Of a stretch of 64,000 nt of DNA, positions 61,042 through 64,000 are shown in pieces. How positions within the stretch are numbered: position 1 is the stretch's first letter; every line of letters starts with the position of its first letter. Both the position numbers and the translations under genes were made by a program. This stretch comes from Candidatus Bathyarchaeota archaeon (GTDB lineage Archaea; Thermoproteota; Bathyarchaeia; Bathyarchaeales; Bathycorpusculaceae). Under the pieces are notes generated by a model. The model saw nothing but the letters and a program-made list of their open reading frames with translations, did not search any database and was not told the origin of the DNA. Location: NCBI GenBank assembly GCA_963702095.1, contig OY969706.1, positions 544,001 to 608,000 on the forward strand. Reading direction: 5' to 3'.

Positions 61042-61915
61042 GTGGCTAATTTTTCTGGGCTGCGCTGTCCCCTACCGCGTGTCCTCTTATGAGATTTCTT
61101 CGCGTAAAGTTCTCGCCAAGTTGGGGGTTGAATTGGTTGAGATGCCAGAATTCAGCTGTTGCGGTTTACCCTTTGACCCCGTCAGCCACGAAACCATGAT
61201 GATTTTGGCGGCGAAGAATCTTGCGTTAGCTGAGCAGCAGGGCTTAAACATCCTAACGCTCTGCCCCGGATGCGCAGGCACACTTAAAAAAGTCAATAAA
61301 ACCCTCAAAGCCGACAAAGCACAACGCGACGAAGTTAACAGTCACCTCAAAGAAGCAGGATTAGAGTACAAGGGCACAGTTGAAACCAAGCATCTGCTCC
61401 AGTTCCTCAAAGAAGACATTGGGATAGATAAAATCAAAGCCTCTGTTACCCGACCCCTAACCGATCTCAAAGTAGCCGAACACAACGGCTGCCACATCCT
61501 GCGCCCCAAAGAGTACATCGGCTTCGACGACCCTGAAGACCCACAGACGCTTAAGGCACTCATAGAAGCCACGGGCGCAACTTGCCTGGACTACATTGAT
61601 GAAACCGAATGCTGCGGCGCACCCAGCGTCGGCGTAAGCGACAAAGTCGCGTTGGCGCTTGCCAGAGACAAACTCAACCACATAAAGATGGTTGACGCCC
61701 AAGCACTTATCACAATTTGTCCATTCTGCCATATCATGTACGATACAAATGAGCTTCGGATAGAGAAAACTTTTAACGAGGTCTATGGCATTCCAATTCT
61801 GCATTATCCACAATTACTTGGATTAGCCATGGGCATGTCCCCCGAGGAATTAGCCTTTGGCGAACTTCGAGTAAACCCACAAAAAATAACCGCGCAATTC
61901 ACCACTAAGGAGTAA
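61028..61915 (+). CDS. hdrB: Heterodisulfide reductase subunit B
   Basis: FLGC, SCCG, CPGC, HNGCH, ECCG, CPFCH. Confidence 0.92.
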   Translation: MSSNKWLIFLGCAVPYRVSSYEISSRKVLAKLGVELVEMPEFSCCGLPFDPVSHETMMILAAKNLALAEQQGLNILTLCPGCAGTLKKVNKTLKADKAQRDEVNSHLKEAGLEYKGTVETKHLLQFLKEDIGIDKIKASVTRPLTDLKVAEHNGCHILRPKEYIGFDDPEDPQTLKALIEATGATCLDYIDETECCGAPSVGVSDKVALALARDKLNHIKMVDAQALITICPFCHIMYDTNELRIEKTFNEVYGIPILHYPQLLGLAMGMSPEELAFGELRVNPQKITAQFTTKE

Positions 61916-61922
61916 ACAAGCC

Positions 61923-62912
61923 ATGAGTAAACCTAAGCTTAAGATAGCCTTTTACTGGGCTGCAAGCTGCGGCGGCTGTGAAGTAGCCGTCTTAGACATA
62001 GACGAGAAAATCCTCGACGTAGTACAAATAGCTGACATTGTGTTCTGGCCAGCCGCTATGGACATCAAGTACAAAGACGTCGAGGCGCTTGAAGACAACT
62101 ACATCGACATAACCTTCTTCAACGGTTCCATCCGCAACAGCGAACAGGAACACATGGCAAAACTGCTCCGCCAAAAAACCAAAACCCTCATCGCCTTCGG
62201 TTCATGCGCCCACGAAGGTAGCGTCCCCGGCTTAGCCAACCTAAACGACAAAGCCGAAGTTTTCGACCAAGTCTACATAAAAGACAAATCCAACGTTAAC
62301 CCCCAATCAACTGTGCCTAAATCAGAAACACAAGTCAAAGAAGGCACCCTTAAACTCCCAGAATTCTACGACACCGTTAGAACCCTTTCACAAGTCGTAG
62401 ACGTAGACTACTACCTCCCCGGTTGCCCACCCCCAGTCAAACTGACCGCTGCCGCAATCGACGCCATAGCCTCCAACAACCTCCCCCCCAAAGGCTCCGT
62501 GTTGGCACCGCCTAAAGCTGTCTGCGACGAATGCCCACGCAAACGCGACAACAAAAAAATAGACAGAATCTACCGCGTTTACGAGAAAGAGCCTGAACCA
62601 GAAAAATGCCTTCTTGAGCAAGGTATCCTCTGTATGGGTCCAGCGACCAGAAGCGGTTGTGGCGCTAAATGCTTAGCTGTTGATATGCCCTGTACTGGCT
62701 GCGGCGGCAAAGCCCCCAACGTGCCCGAGCAGGGAGCAGCCATGATAACCGCGTTAGCGTCTATTTTGGGTTATGACGGTGTTGAAGGCAAAACCGCCTA
62801 CACCGAGAAGGAGGTTGAAGATTTAATCAGCCAAATCAAGGACCCCGCTGGCACCTTCTACATGTACAGTTTACCAGCTTCAACCCTTAAACGCAAGGTG
62901 ATTAAGAAATGA
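61923..62912 (+). CDS. mvhG: F420-non-reducing hydrogenase small subunit
   Basis: WAASCGGCE, FGSCA, PGCPP, CMGPATRSGC. Confidence 0.9.
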   Translation: MSKPKLKIAFYWAASCGGCEVAVLDIDEKILDVVQIADIVFWPAAMDIKYKDVEALEDNYIDITFFNGSIRNSEQEHMAKLLRQKTKTLIAFGSCAHEGSVPGLANLNDKAEVFDQVYIKDKSNVNPQSTVPKSETQVKEGTLKLPEFYDTVRTLSQVVDVDYYLPGCPPPVKLTAAAIDAIASNNLPPKGSVLAPPKAVCDECPRKRDNKKIDRIYRVYEKEPEPEKCLLEQGILCMGPATRSGCGAKCLAVDMPCTGCGGKAPNVPEQGAAMITALASILGYDGVEGKTAYTEKEVEDLISQIKDPAGTFYMYSLPASTLKRKVIKK

Positions 62913-64000
62913 AAGAAATACTAATTGACCCAATAACACGGCTCGAAGGACACGGCAACGTATCTATATTCCTAAACGACAAGGGCGAAGTAGAAAACGC
63001 CTACCTCAAAATTCCCGAACTCCGTGGATTTGAGAAATTCTGCATTGGCAGAAGAGCTGAGCTCATGCCGCAACTTACCAGCCGCATCTGCGGTGTCTGC
63101 CCAGTTGCGCACCACTTTGCCGGAACCAAAGCCCTCGACGCAGCCTTCAACGTTGAACCGCCCTCAGCAGCCAAGAAGCTCCGTGAACTCATGTACGCCG
63201 CATACGTCATTTATGACCACACACTCCACTTCTACTACCTCGGCGGACCAGACTTCATCGTGGGCATCGATGCTCCACCAGAAAAACGCAACATCATAGG
63301 AGTCATCGAAAAAGCAGGCTTAGACGTAGCTAAAGATGTCATCAAACACCGTGCGTATGGACAGAAAATTACAGAGATCATCGGCGGCAAAGCCACTCAC
63401 CCAACATGTGGATTACCCGGTGGAATATCCAAGCCCCTGAGCGAAGAGAACCGTGCTGAAATTGAGCGGATGGCTGCTTCATGCAAAGACTTCGCCCAAT
63501 TCACCCTAAAACTCTTCCACGACATTGTTTTGGGCAACGCCAAATACGTGGGCTTAATCAAAAGCCAAGCCTACACACTGCCAACCTACTACATGGGCAC
63601 TGTAGACGGAAATAACAAAGTCAACTTCTACGACGGTAAAGTCCGCGTAGTCGACCCCAAAGGCACAGAATTCGCCAAATTCGACGCTCAAGATTACCTC
63701 AGCCACATCGGCGAACACGTTGAAGAATGGACATACAGTAAATTCCCGTACCTCAAAGCAGTCGGCTGGAAAGGACAAATTGCAGGCGCAGGTAGCGGTA
63801 TCTATCGTGTTGGACCGCTCGGCAGATTAAATGCTTCGGATGGCATGGCAACCCCGTTGGCGCAGGCAGAATACGAGGAAATGTATAGGACCTTGGGTAA
63901 ACCTGTCCACAGCACACTTGCTTTCCATTGGGCAAGACTCATCGAACTCATGTACGCAACCGAACGCGCCATGGAACTCGTTAAAGACCCAGAAATCACA
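62909..64000 (+). CDS. mvhA: F420-non-reducing [NiFe] hydrogenase large subunit (3'-truncated; absent from the ORF track)
   Basis: ATG 62909 MKEILIDPITRLEGHG...ELRGFEKF...RICGVCPVAHH; open to the window end. Confidence 0.9.
   Translation, partial: MKEILIDPITRLEGHGNVSIFLNDKGEVENAYLKIPELRGFEKFCIGRRAELMPQLTSRICGVCPVAHHFAGTKALDAAFNVEPPSAAKKLRELMYAAYVIYDHTLHFYYLGGPDFIVGIDAPPEKRNIIGVIEKAGLDVAKDVIKHRAYGQKITEIIGGKATHPTCGLPGGISKPLSEENRAEIERMAASCKDFAQFTLKLFHDIVLGNAKYVGLIKSQAYTLPTYYMGTVDGNNKVNFYDGKVRVVDPKGTEFAKFDAQDYLSHIGEHVEEWTYSKFPYLKAVGWKGQIAGAGSGIYRVGPLGRLNASDGMATPLAQAEYEEMYRTLGKPVHSTLAFHWARLIELMYATERAMELVKDPEIT

Noticed and set aside
1-64000. CRISPR array or cas operon
   Set aside because: No regularly spaced repeat-spacer array was seen; the Cas4-like nuclease at 4650 has no cas neighbours in the window.

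Overview
Archaeal chromosomal window, most consistent with Bathyarchaeia (inferred from TFB, aIF1, Hdr/Mvh, many signal-peptide surface proteins with Pro/Thr linkers and frequent TTG starts). (1) Positions 1-17.2 kb are the right part of an element integrated at tRNA-Cys. It has a tyrosine integrase, divergent wHTH/AbrB regulators, a DUF3987-like replication ATPase containing an inverted iteron-like array, a ParB/ABC-ATPase/GNAT module and small/large terminase. No portal, capsid or tail genes are visible. To its left is a defence cluster: DruE-like DUF1998 helicase, PD-(D/E)XK nuclease, HaeIII-like R-M, Vsr and an AspBHI-like nuclease. (2) An aryl/branched-chain acid cluster follows (PaaI, Liv ABC, IorAB with an inserted four-cluster ferredoxin domain, PaaK, ACT). 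(3) A 4.5-kb islet sits at tRNA-Gln. (4) TFB/aIF1 are followed by surface-protein genes whose junctions carry a recurring 28-bp dif-like palindrome. (5) The right part holds HoxEFUYH hydrogenase, an ACD-GNAT fusion, two orphan contractile-injection-system genes, housekeeping genes and hdrCB-mvhGA. Two dispersed intergenic repeat families (195 bp and 130 bp) are present. About a dozen single-base frameshifts, including one in a core gene, suggest residual sequencing indels. All calls are from motif reading only; no searches were run.
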